Source: Phyllobates terribilis
Lineage: Eukaryota
DNA length: 64,000 bases
Reading direction: 5' to 3'
NCBI RefSeq assembly: GCF_046119375.1
Contig: NW_027362773.1
Coordinates: forward strand, 174,530,001-174,594,000
Both the position numbers and the translations under genes were made by a program. Below the pieces are notes generated by a model that was not told the origin of the DNA, did no database searches, and saw only the letters and a program-made list of their open reading frames with translations. Below are positions 34,472-45,470 of this stretch, piece after piece; position 1 is the first letter of the stretch; every line of letters starts with the position of its first letter.

Positions 34472-35568
34472 GGCCACGGCCCCACTATCAGTATAAGGCC
34501 ACGGCCCCACTATCAGTATAAGGCCACGGCCCCACTATCGGTATAAGGCCACGGCCCCACTATCAGTATAAGGCCACGGCCCCACTATCGGTATAAGGCC
34601 ACGGCCCCACTATCGGTATAAGGCCACGGCCCCACTATCGGTATAAGGCCACGGCCCCACTATCGGTATAAGGCCACGGCCCCACTATCAGTATAAGGCC
34701 ACAGCCCCACTATCAGTATAAGGCCACGGCCCCACTATCAGTATAAGGCCACAGCCCCACTATCAGTATAAGGCCACGGCCCCACTATCAGTATAAGGCC
34801 ACGGCCCCACTATCAGTATAAGGCCACGGCCCCACTATCAGTATAAGGCCACGGCCCCACTATCAGTATAAGGCCACGGCCCCACTATCAGTATAAGGCC
34901 ACGGCCCCACTATCAGTATAAGGCCACAGCCCCACTATCAGTATAAGGCCACGGCCCCACTATCAGTATAAGGCCACAGCCCCACTATCAGTATAAGGCC
35001 ACGGCCCCACTATCAGTATAAGGCCACAGCCCCACTATCAGTATAAGGCCACAGCCCCACTATCAGTATAAGGCCACGGCCCCACTATCAGTATAAGGCC
35101 ACGGCCCCACTATCAGTATAAGGCCACAGCCCCACTATCAGTATAAGGCCACGGCCCCACTATCAGTATAAGGCCACAGCCCCACTATCAGTATAAGGCC
35201 ACGGCCCCACTATCAGTATAAGGCCACAGCCCCACTATCAGTATAAGGCCACGGCCCCACTATCAGTATAAGGCCACAGCCCCACTATCAGTATAAGGCC
35301 ACAGCCCCACTATCAGTATAAGGCCACGGCCCCACTATCAGTATAAGGCCACAGCCCCACTATCAGTATAAGGCCACGGCCCCACTATCAGTATAAGGCC
35401 ACAGCCCCACTATCAGTATAAGGCCACGGCCCCACTATCAGTATAAGGCCACGGCCCCACTATCAGTATAAGGCCACGGCCCCACTATCAGTATAAGGCC
35501 ACGGCCCCACTATCAGTATAAGGCCACGGCCCCACTATCAGTATAAGGCCACGGCCCCACTATCAGTA
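34472..35568. repeat. 25-bp minisatellite, 44 copies (ggccacggccccactatcagta + taa)
   Basis: Period 25; the last copy is the left TIR of the MITE at 35547. Confidence 0.96.
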
Positions 35569-35752
35569 TGTGGTCAGTATTCGGTCAGTATTTTTTCTCA
35601 GGGGTTGGAGCCAAAACCAGGTGAGGAACAATCAGAGAAAAGGTCTAATAGAAACAAGTCACCAATTCTGCATTTATCACCCACTGCTGGGAAAGAATAC
35701 TGACCGAATACTGACCGAATACTGACCGGATACTGATAGTGGGGCCGTGGCC
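35547..35752. mobile_element. Harbinger-type MITE (206 bp)
   Basis: TIR ggccacggccccactatcagtat / atactgatagtggggccgtggcc with TAA on both sides; internal homology to 13194-13520. Confidence 0.85.
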
Positions 35753-36741
35753 TAAATCCAAAAATCATAAAACAACAAAGAAGTGATAGTTCTGGCGATA
35801 TAATGGCGCACTTCCGTGACGGTCACATGGGCGCAGCGTTTCCTCTGCTCCGGTCTACAGGGTTTTTTCAGATTACAGCCAGTTGTCTTAGTAGATTCCA
35901 CCTGGACTTGAAGTGACCGGCGCCTGGACCAGATCACAGGAGATCCCGTCTGATATTAAACCTTCACGATCCTCGTGTGTTATAAGAGAAGCGAGCGATG
36001 ACGATCTGCGCTAATGTGCAGAATAATAGCACAGACAGAACCCAGAGGAAAACCATAACGAGCCGCGCTCCCCCCGAGGTGACGGCCGCTCCATAATGAT
36101 AACGAGCGCTTATTACAGATGCACAGCGCTTATTACAGATGCACAGCGCTGCCTGCGAGTCATCCGTCAGCGTGCGGCCGTGGAGGTGATCGCTGCCTGC
36201 TCGCTCCAGCGCAGTCCTTAGATAATAAGGATTGATAAAATGTTAGGGCCAAAATGTTAAAAATGCTGCTATCGATTAGCACGCGCGGCAATAATGAAGG
36301 CGCGGGGCCTGGGGACGGCAGCCATGGATCACTGTGACACCGCCGCCTCACATTGTGAACGAGGACAATTAATCCCAGCGAGTCACAAATCGCAAATAAA
36401 GGAGTCACCAGCTCATTACCGGACGACCTTGCTGAACGGCCTTGAGCGCCGCGCTGACCCCTCGCTGGCTGCAAACTTTATAATGTGTCTGATTGAGAAA
36501 TCACCGCTCACACGCTTCTTCCTTTCTTTCTCACTTTTTTTTTTTTTTTATTTCAGTATTTTTCTCTTTGGCGGCGGTGAGATGAGACGAGCGTCCGCCG
36601 CCTGTTAATCGCCCGGATTAAAAATGCATTACCGGCTAATGAATAAATACGGAGTCAACAGCGGCGGGACGGAAACTTCAGGAATTCAACTAAAAATAGA
36701 AAACAGCCAATAAAGGAGTCGATTTATCACCAGCGACAAAC

Positions 36742-38757
36742 NNNNNNNNNNNNNNNNNNNNNNNNNNNNNNNNNNNNNNNNNNNNNNNNNNNNNNNNNNN
36801 NNNNNNNNNNNNNNNNNNNNNNNNNNNNNNNNNNNNNNNNNNNNNNNNNNNNNNNNNNNNNNNNNNNNNNNNNNNNNNNNNNNNNNNNNNNNNNNNNNNN
36901 NNNNNNNNNNNNNNNNNNNNNNNNNNNNNNNNNNNNNNNNNNNNNNNNNNNNNNNNNNNNNNNNNNNNNNNNNNNNNNNNNNNNNNNNNNNNNNNNNNNN
37001 NNNNGNNNNNNNNNNNNNNNNNNNNNNNNNNNNNNNNNNNNNNNNNNNNNNNNNNNNNNNNNNNNNNNNNNNNNNNNNNNNNNNNNNNNNNNNNNNNNNN
37101 NNNNNNNNNNNNNNNNNNNNNNNNNNNNNNNNNNNNACGGAGCANNNNNNNNNNNNNNNNNNNNNNNNNNNNNNNNNNNNNNNNNNNNNNNNNNNNNNNN
37201 NNNNNNNNNNNNNNNNNNNNNNNNNNNNNNNNNNNNNNNNNNNNNNNNNNNNNNNNNNNNNNNNNNNNNNNNNNNNNNNNNNNNNNNNNNNNNNNNNNNN
37301 NNNNNNNNNNNNNNNNNNNNNNNNNNNNNNNNNNNNNNNNNNNNNNNNNNNNNNNNNNNNNNNNNNNNNNNNNNNNNNNNNNNNNNNNNNNNNNNNNNNN
37401 NNNNNNNNNNNNNNNNNNNNNNNNNNNNNNNNNNNNNNNNNNNNNNNNNNNNNNNNNNNNNNNNNNNNNNNNNNNNNNNNNNNNNNNNNNNNNNNNNNNN
37501 NNNNNNNNNNNNNNNNNNNNNNNNNNNNNNNNNNNNNNNNNNNNNNNNNNNNNNNNNNNNNNNNNNNNNNNNNNNNNNNNNNNNNNNNNNNNNNNNNNNN
37601 NNNNNNNNNNNNNNNNNNNNNNNNNNNNNNNNNNNNNNNNNNNNNNNNNNNNNNNNNNNNNNNNNNNNNNNNNNNNNNNNNNNNNNNNNNNNNNNNNNNN
37701 NNNNNNNNNNNNNNNNNNNNNNNNNNNNNNNNNNNNNNNNNNNNNNNNNNNNNNNNNNNNNNNNNNNNNNNNNNNNNNNNNNNNNNNNNNNNNNNNNNNN
37801 NNNNNNNNNNNNNNNNNNNNNNNNNNNNNNNNNNNNNNNNNNNNNNNNNNNNNNNNNNNNNNNNNNNNNNNNNNNNNNNNNNNNNNNNNNNNNNNNNNNN
37901 NNNNNNNNNNNNNNGNNNNNNNNNNNNNNNNNNNNNNNNNNNNNNNNNNNNNNNNNNNNNNNNNNNNNNNNNNNNNNNNNNNNNNNNNNNNNNNNNNNNN
38001 NNNNNNNNNNNNNNNNNNNNNNNNNNNNNNNNNNNNNNNNNNNNNNACGGAGCANNNNNNNNNNNNNNNNNNNNNNNNNNNNNNNNNNNNNNNNNNNNNN
38101 NNNNNNNNNNNNNNNNNNNNNNNNNNNNNNNNNNNNNNNNNNNNNNNNNNNNNNNNNNNNNNNNNNNNNNNNNNNNNNNNNNNNNNNNNNNNNNNNNNNN
38201 NNNNNNNNNNNNNNNNNNNNNNNNNNNNNNNNNNNNNNNNNNNNNNNNNNNNNNNNNNNNNNNNNNNNNNNNNNNNNNNNNNNNNNNNNNNNNNNNNNNN
38301 NNNNNNNNNNNNNNNNNNNNNNNNNNNNNNNNNNNNNNNNNNNNNNNNNNNNNNNNNNNNNNNNNNNNNNNNNNNNNNNNNNNNNNNNNNNNNNNNNNNN
38401 NNNNNNNNNNNNNNNNNNNNNNNNNNNNNNNNNNNNNNNNNNNNNNNNNNNNNNNNNNNNNNNNNNNNNNNNNNNNNNNNNNNNNNNNNNNNNNNNNNNN
38501 NNNNNNNNNNNNNNNNNNNNNNNNNNNNNNNNNNNNNNNNNNNNNNNNNNNNNNNNNNNNNNNNNNNNNNNNNNNNNNNNNNNNNNNNNNNNNNNNNNNN
38601 NNNNNNNNNNNNNNNNNNNNNNNNNNNNNNNNNNNNNNNNNNNNNNNNNNNNNNNNNNNNNNNNNNNNNNNNNNNNNNNNNNNNNNNNNNNNNNNNNNNN
38701 NNNNNNNNNNNNNNNNNNNNNNNNNNNNNNNNNNNNNNNNNNNNNNNNNNNNNNNNN
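36742..38757. other. 2016-nt N block with four small called islands
   Basis: g at 37005 and 37915; acggagca at 37137 and 38047. Confidence 0.98.
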
Positions 38758-38800
38758 CAGCCAATCAGATGCCAGCTTCCACAGCTGGAAAGCTAACAGC

Positions 38801-40500
38801 TTACATCGGATTGGCTGATCCCGAAGATACAATGTTACATCTGATTGGCTGATCCCAAGGATACAATGTTACATCTGATTGGCCGATCCCAAAGATACAA
38901 TGTTACATCTGATTGGCCGATCCCAAAGATACAATGTTACATCTGATTGGCCGATCCCAAAGATAGAATGTTACATCTGATTGGCTGATCCCAAAGATAC
39001 AATGTTACATCTGATTGGCTGATACCGAAGATACAATGTTACATCTGATTGGCCGATCCCAAAGATACAATGTTACATCTGATTGGCTGATCCCAAAGAT
39101 ACAATGTTACATCTGATTGGCTGATCCCAAAGATACAATGTTACATCTGATTGGCCGATCCCAAATATACAATGTTACATCTGATTGGCTGATCCCAAAG
39201 ATACAATGTTACATCTGATTTGCCGATACCAAAGATACAATGTTACATCTGATTGGCTGATACTAAAGATACAATGTTACATCTGATTGGCTGATACTGA
39301 AGATACAATGTTACATCTGATTGGCTGATACTGAAGGTACAATGTTACATCTGATTGGCTGATACTGAAGATACAATGTTACATCTGATTGGCTGATACT
39401 GAAGATACAATGTTACATCTGATTGGCTGATACTGAAGGTACAATGTTACATCTGATTGGCTGATACTGAAGATACAATGTTACATCTGATTGGCTGATA
39501 CTGAAGGTACAATGTTACATCTGATTGGCTGATACCGAAGGTACAATGCTACATCTGATTGGCTGATACCAAAGATACAATGTTACATCTGATTGGCTGA
39601 TACCAAAGATACAATGTTACATCTGATTGGCTGATACCGAAGGTACAATGTTACATCTGATTGGCTGATACTGAAGGTACAATGTTACATCTGATTGGCT
39701 GATACTAAAGATACAATGTTACATCTGATTGGCTGATACCGAAGGTACAATGTTACATCTGATTGGCTGATACCAAAGATACAATGTTACATCTGATTGG
39801 CTGATACCGAAGATACAATGTTACATCTGATTGGCTGATACTGAAGATCCAATGTTACATTTGATTGGCTGATACTGAAGATACAATGTTACATCTGATT
39901 GGCTGATACCGAAGGTACAATGTTACATCTGATTGGCTGATACCAAAGATACAATGTTACATCTGATTGGCTGATACCAAAGATACAATGTTACATCTGA
40001 TTGGCTGATACCAAAGATACAATGTTACATCTGATTGGCTGATACCGAAGGTACAATGTTACATCTGATTGGCTGATCCCAAAGATACAATGTTACATCT
40101 GATTGGCTGATACCGAAGGTACAATGTTACATCTGATTGGCTGATACCGAAGGTACAATGTTACATCTGATTGGCTGATACCGAAGGTACAATGTTACAT
40201 CTGATTGGCTGATACCAAAGATACAATGTTACATCTGATTGGCTGATACCGAAGGTACAATGTTACATCTGATTGGCTGATCCCAAAGATACAATGTTAC
40301 ATCTGATTGGCTGATACCGAAGGTACAATGTTACATCTGATTGGCTGATACCGAAGGTACAATGTTACATCTGATTGGCTGATGCCAAAGATACAATGTT
40401 ACATCTGATTGGCTGATACCGAAGATACAATGTTACATCTGATTGGCTGATACCGAAGATACAATGTTACATCTGATTGGCTGATACTGAAGCTACAATG
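38801..40500. repeat. 34-bp minisatellite, about 50 copies (catctgattggctgataccaaagatacaatgtta)
   Basis: Period 34 (gatacaatg at 38826 and 38860); nearly every unit has a CCAAT box on the minus strand. Confidence 0.97.
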
Positions 40501-41574
40501 TTCTTGTATTAATACTGGGTGATGACTGTTACATTAGGTTCTGGTAGGGGTGTAGCTATGGGAGTGCAGAGGTAGAAGTCCGAATCCTAGTGCCTGAAAG
40601 AGACTGTCTGCAACACAAGAAGACCCCTGTGTAATACATGGCACATGTTAGGTGGGGACCTTAGAACAAGGAATTGAGGCTTTATTTCATGAATCAGGTG
40701 GCTCAGGATGGGCATCACTGTAGGCTCTTTCTGGAAGGTGAAGGCTCAATGTGAGGACTTGTTATAGGCTGTAGACCACCTGCAGTGACTATCAATAATC
40801 CGCTCTCTCCCTGTAGTCAGTGCGGTCACCCGCTATACTGCAGGAGCGCTGGGGCCACCTAACATTCATGAGATGAACTTGAATATTTCTCTTATTTTGT
40901 TCTGCAGGAATCATTAATAGAAACCAAAGCTCTTTTTTTGTTACAAATTCTCTGACAAATTTAACATTACATTTGTGGCATTATAAAAATAATGAACTGA
41001 TGGGAGTGAGTGGCTCCACCTAGTGGAGGCTCAGAGACCGGCTGCCCTGCTGGACACGGCCGAGTCTTACAGAGGTTTTATCACAGGACTGAATCCGGAC
41101 TGCACACGAGAAGAAACAGCGGAGGGGACGGCGGACGGACCCCAACTCCCTGCACGGCGGCTCCGCGCCATAGTGCAAACCTGGGAGGAAAGCTCCGCCT
41201 GCGCCCATCATTGTATCTGCAGCAATCACATGGAAATCCAACCTCCCCTCTACCTAATATCCGGCCCCTCGCCCCCCCGGTGTATAACATCCACCAGCGC
41301 GGTCCTGTCACCGGAGCCACCGGGGAACAAGTCCGTCCACGGGATTTCTCCTCCTGGATCTTCCCCCATCACCTGTGATATTACTGAGAAGTGGATGAAA
41401 CCGCCGCAACATAGCCACGAAGTGGAGACCCCGTAATGTTACAGAGCGGGGGGCCGAGTGCTGAGGAGCAGAGGGCAGAAAAGTCCCCACCACTCTGCTG
41501 ACCCCATAACTGCAGAGTACAGACCTCCTCTGGTATAAACACTGCGCCCCCACCAGGAGATTCATAGCCGAGCA

Positions 41575-41801
41575 GCTGCATGAGGACAGAGAAGCCCCCG
41601 GAAGTGGATGTGGGGGGCACATACTTTTCTCTATATTAATGTCTATGGATCTAGATGAGGACAGAAAAGCCCCTGGAGGTGGATGTGGGGGGCACATACT
41701 TTTCTCTATATTAATGTCTATGGATGTAGATGAGGACAGAGAAACCCCTGGAGGTGGATGTGGGGGGCACATACTTTCCTCCATATTAATGTCTATGTAT
41801 G
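41575..41801. repeat. 75-bp minisatellite, left part (about 3 units)
   Basis: Same unit as 46693-50116; interrupted by the CSD element. Confidence 0.9.
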
Positions 41802-43022
41802 TGTAGCACCCTGAGGATTCGGCTGCTACAGGGGTGTTGCACCTCAACCCAGAGGTGTGGTATTCCACTCCCGGGTAAGGATGGAGTGTGGAACTGAGCT
41901 CGGTAGGCTGCATGCACTACACACATCCCATTTCCGAGGAACAGACCAACGGTACTCCCACTTAGAAATGTGCAGGTACGACCGAGTCTGTTCCTGGCTG
42001 GAGTGGGAGGGGGGTGGAACATCCCAAGTAGTGTAGGGGCAGATAGGGGGAGCAGCCTGGGTAAAGATAGGAGCTCATTGGGTGCTGGTCACCTGAGCTC
42101 ACACATAGAGGGAGTATATAAGGTGGGCACCATCAAAGAACAGGGTCAGTCAGTCAGCCACAGTCAGTCAGTCTGTGAGTCTTTGCAGAGAAGTCAGAGG
42201 AAGAGCAGAGCAGAGAAGCCTGAGCCAGAGTGAGAGAGGAGAAAGCAAGAAAGACCCAGAGGGGGAAACAGAAAAGGAACTCTGAGAACCCAAAGTCCAT
42301 CAGCGGGTGAAGAGTTGGCATCAGGGTACCGGAACCCAAGCTGGTGGGGGCAAAAACACACCCCAGCCAGAGACCGGAGGCCGTGGGCAGCGTTTGCCGC
42401 GGCCACCCACCACATCCACCACGAAGGCATACCACGTGGAGGGTCAGGGAACCCAAGGCCAAGGGTCTCCCAACAGAAGGCCCGAGGGAGCTGGACCTGG
42501 GTGGATCAATAGTGGGGACGGCCAGTGAAAGGACAGAAGGAGAGCTCAGGGTCACGCTCCGGACTCGCTTGGGGGTTGGCTGGATCCAGGACCTGGTGGA
42601 TGCAGCACGGCTCGGGAGGTCACTTGAAGCTGGAGTGACCGGAACATCAGCAGTGAGTAAATACCCTTAACTGCATAACCCGACTCTGTCTTCCTTTAAC
42701 ATCTATGCTGCACCACCACAACCCCCATCCTCTGCACCTGACCCCCTGAGGCTATACCCCACCCGTTGGGGGTTATACCATCAATAGCTGCACCAACACC
42801 ATCAGCCTCAGCGGACCCTGCTGCAGCGGCGGCCATAGTGACCGCAATACAACGGGTGGCGTAGTCGACATTAAGAACTAAATAACATCTGTAGGACTGC
42901 CACATACAACTGAGTTTGACACCCTGGGCACGGACCGGGTCATAGCCACTCGGAGACTACAACCCCCATCTGATCCGGCTCCGGATATTCCCCCTAAAGA
43001 ATATGGCCCAGGGGGCGCGTCA
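41802..43022 (+). repeat. 5' LTR of CSD element copy 2 (1221 bp)
   Basis: tgtagcacc...gggggcgcgtca; about 10 differences from the 3' LTR. Confidence 0.95.
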
Positions 43023-43026
43023 ACTT

Positions 43027-43044
43027 TGGCGTAGTCGGCAGGAT
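43027..43044 (+). promoter_or_regulatory. Primer-binding site, tRNA-Ser (TGGCGTAGTCGGCAGGAT)
   Basis: Identical to the Gypsy PBS, including the 4-nt actt spacer. Confidence 0.9.
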
Positions 43045-43234
43045 CTCGTGCCCGCAACCACCGGGTACTGCGTGCCTGAAAAGCAAAGACTGTTCAAACT
43101 TACCAGTGGTGAAGGTTTCCCGCCATCCGGCGCCATCTTCTACCTTATTCCCGCCATCTGCAGAGTTTCCCGCCACTGGGAAGCGGTTCCCGCCATTTCC
43201 AAAGGTTTCCCGCCTTGGAAGAGCGGACGCCATT

Positions 43235-45010
43235 ATGGGCGTGCCAGAGGGTGGTGAGAGGCCACCTCCCATCGTGGGCCAGGACCGAAAATGGCGCCAA
43301 AAGTGGAAACCGCCCCCACCAACAGAGACTGTGATGCTAGAGGTGTCTGTCAGCGTGAAAGAACCGCCCCTGGAGCTGACAATCACCAAGTGGCCCCGGG
43401 ACCGCCCTCGAGGTGGGAGGAGACGAAAGGAGAGAACAAAGATGGGTGCCGCCTGGAGCAGTCTAGAGCGAGCGCACCCGGAGGCAAGAAGCCTGGAGAA
43501 GAATATCGGAGGAGCTTACCCGGAGATGGCGAGAAAGCAGAGCAGCACCGGCCCGCTGGCCAGGAGCCTGCTGGAGACGACTGTAGGAGAGCAGAGCAGC
43601 ACCGACCCGTTGGTCAGGAGCCTGCTGGAAACAACGACCCCACTAGGCCTAGTGGAGGTCCTAGCACAGCTCCCCCGAGACCGGGAGTGTGCACAGACCG
43701 CTCTGGAGGGCCTCGCAAGGAGGATGGCCCGGGTGCAGCGAGAGATGTTGGCGGAGTGGAGCCGTGAGATGGCCCAGCAGACCGAGACCTGTGAGCGGAG
43801 CACGCCACCCGAGACGAGGAGACAGACCGCCTCTGAGGATGGCGCGGGAGGACTGAAGGCCGGAGACGGCGCCGAGAAGGGAGCCGAACGAGTGGAGGCA
43901 GGTAAAGGGGACGTCTATACCCCAGACCGGGAAACCGCGTACCTGCCCCAGCTCCCCGTCGCAGAGCCCGAAGTCTATCCTGCCGTGCCCGTCGCTGCAA
44001 CGTCACCGCCGCAGACTAGGCCTCAAACGGGAGCCGCGACCCCTGTGACGTCACACGCCTCGACCCCGAGCGTGACCAAGCAGGAAGTACCACCAGCCTG
44101 GTCGCAAGGCCTAGTACCCCCGGGCGCCGCAATACCAACAGCGCCCCCTACCTCCGCGGAGCCCCCGGCCTGGTCGCAGGGCCAAGTAGCCCAGGGCGCC
44201 GCCGTCCTTACGGTGCCCTTTACCTTCCAGATACCCCAGGCCTGGCCGCAAGGCCCGGGCAACCCGGGCGCCACCACCACCGCGCCCATAAGACCAAGAG
44301 TGCCGCATCTGGGAGAGGACCTGTACGCCCAACATACGTGCCCGGATGGGCAGCCATTTATATGGCCACCGGAGTTCCACCATCCCCGACTCCGGAGAGA
44401 GAGACCCCTGGATGAACCCCTGATCCCGGCTCCAAAGCCCGTAAAGAGGATCTCGCCCCCGCTAGCGGAAGCACAGTTTGAGTGGGACCCCACCGGAGAA
44501 GATCTTATGGGGTTCACTCAAGAGACTCGGGCAGCTGCAGCGGAGCGTGCTGAGTGCTGCCGCCAACAGCTCGAGGACTTCGAGAGGGAGCGGAGAGAGA
44601 GGCGGGTCCGGGAACAGCTAGCTCAAGTAAAGAGCGCGGAGCAGAAGAGCCGGGCCAGGAGAGACCCCCGTGCAGCGCATAGTCCCCGCACCACCGGGAC
44701 TGTGATAAAGTTTAACCTGCAGCATGGGTGGGGCTTCATCCGAGACCACCACACCCTAGGCGACGTCTTTGTGACCAGAAGAGACGTTGAGTCCCACCTG
44801 CCGGAGGGACACAGAGGTCGTGACCTTTACATCGGGGACGAGGTCACCTTCACCCGGCACAAGTGTGCCAAAGGTCCCTACGCCCTCCATGTGCATCGCC
44901 TGACGGAGGAAGAGCTGCGGTGTGAGGAGGAAGAACAAGAGGACCCGGACGGGTCTGAAATTAGAGCCAAAGGTAACCAAAAAGCAAGAGCAGGAGGACG
45001 CCGTCGCTAA
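43235..45010 (+). CDS. 591-aa protein (from the first ATG) with Pro/Ala/Thr-rich middle, predicted coiled coil and C-terminal cold-shock domain
   Basis: Uninterrupted frame. GTVIKFNLQHGWGFIRDHHTLGDVFVTRRDV...LYIGDEVTF...KGPYALHV (44696-44902) matches CSD RNP1 (GFGFI) and RNP2 (DVFVH) with Y-box-like spacing. Start uncertain: ATG 43235 or 43442, both in good Kozak context. Confidence 0.82.
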   Translation: MGVPEGGERPPPIVGQDRKWRQKWKPPPPTETVMLEVSVSVKEPPLELTITKWPRDRPRGGRRRKERTKMGAAWSSLERAHPEARSLEKNIGGAYPEMARKQSSTGPLARSLLETTVGEQSSTDPLVRSLLETTTPLGLVEVLAQLPRDRECAQTALEGLARRMARVQREMLAEWSREMAQQTETCERSTPPETRRQTASEDGAGGLKAGDGAEKGAERVEAGKGDVYTPDRETAYLPQLPVAEPEVYPAVPVAATSPPQTRPQTGAATPVTSHASTPSVTKQEVPPAWSQGLVPPGAAIPTAPPTSAEPPAWSQGQVAQGAAVLTVPFTFQIPQAWPQGPGNPGATTTAPIRPRVPHLGEDLYAQHTCPDGQPFIWPPEFHHPRLRRERPLDEPLIPAPKPVKRISPPLAEAQFEWDPTGEDLMGFTQETRAAAAERAECCRQQLEDFERERRERRVREQLAQVKSAEQKSRARRDPRAAHSPRTTGTVIKFNLQHGWGFIRDHHTLGDVFVTRRDVESHLPEGHRGRDLYIGDEVTFTRHKCAKGPYALHVHRLTEEELRCEEEEQEDPDGSEIRAKGNQKARAGGRRR

Positions 45011-45470
45011 GGACAGCGAAGCAGAAGCTGTATATAGTTGCCCGTCGGGGCACCGTAAACTGAAATCGTGAACTGAAACTGAAACTGTTGCTGTTGCTAA
45101 TATAGTCCCCGTTGGGACCAGCATGTGTGAACTGTTTACCCGTATTTCCCTTAATTCCCACTGACCGAGGACTGAGAGCGGTCATTCCTCCCTAATACCT
45201 GGCCGAGGACTGAGAGCGGCCATATCCTTGTATATAGTTGCGCATCCTAAAGCGCCCCCTACCGGTTTTATAGGAAAACCAGTTTTCCAGAAAGACTGTC
45301 GCACTTTACCCGGTCACACGTTGCACAGTGACCGGAGGAGGAGCCAGAGGCGACGAGAATGTTTTATATATATATAATGTTTTATATGTTTTATATGTTA
45401 TGCAAAAATTTGTATGTTTTGGTGTTATGTCTTACAGCCCGAGGACGTGCTGTGATTTACCAGGGGGGAA

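Noticed and set aside
36686-38832. 692- and 701-aa ORFs
   Set aside because: Artefacts of translating through Ns.
34472-40500. 25-bp and 34-bp arrays as CRISPR-like repeats
   Set aside because: Units are contiguous with no unique spacers, no cas genes, and the context is eukaryotic.
40880-41450. Possible host exon after ttctcttattttgttctgcag
   Set aside because: No recognisable protein and no convincing donor; left unannotated.
43106-43234. GTG start at 43106 giving 634 aa
   Set aside because: It lies in the leader shared with the Gypsy element; the ATGs at 43235 and 43442 are more plausible.
43235-45010. CSD ORF as a host YBX/LIN28 gene or an ordinary processed pseudogene
   Set aside because: No similarity outside the CSD, no CCHC knuckles or Y-box tail, no poly(A) remnant; enclosed by LTR, PBS and PPT and present in two independent insertions.
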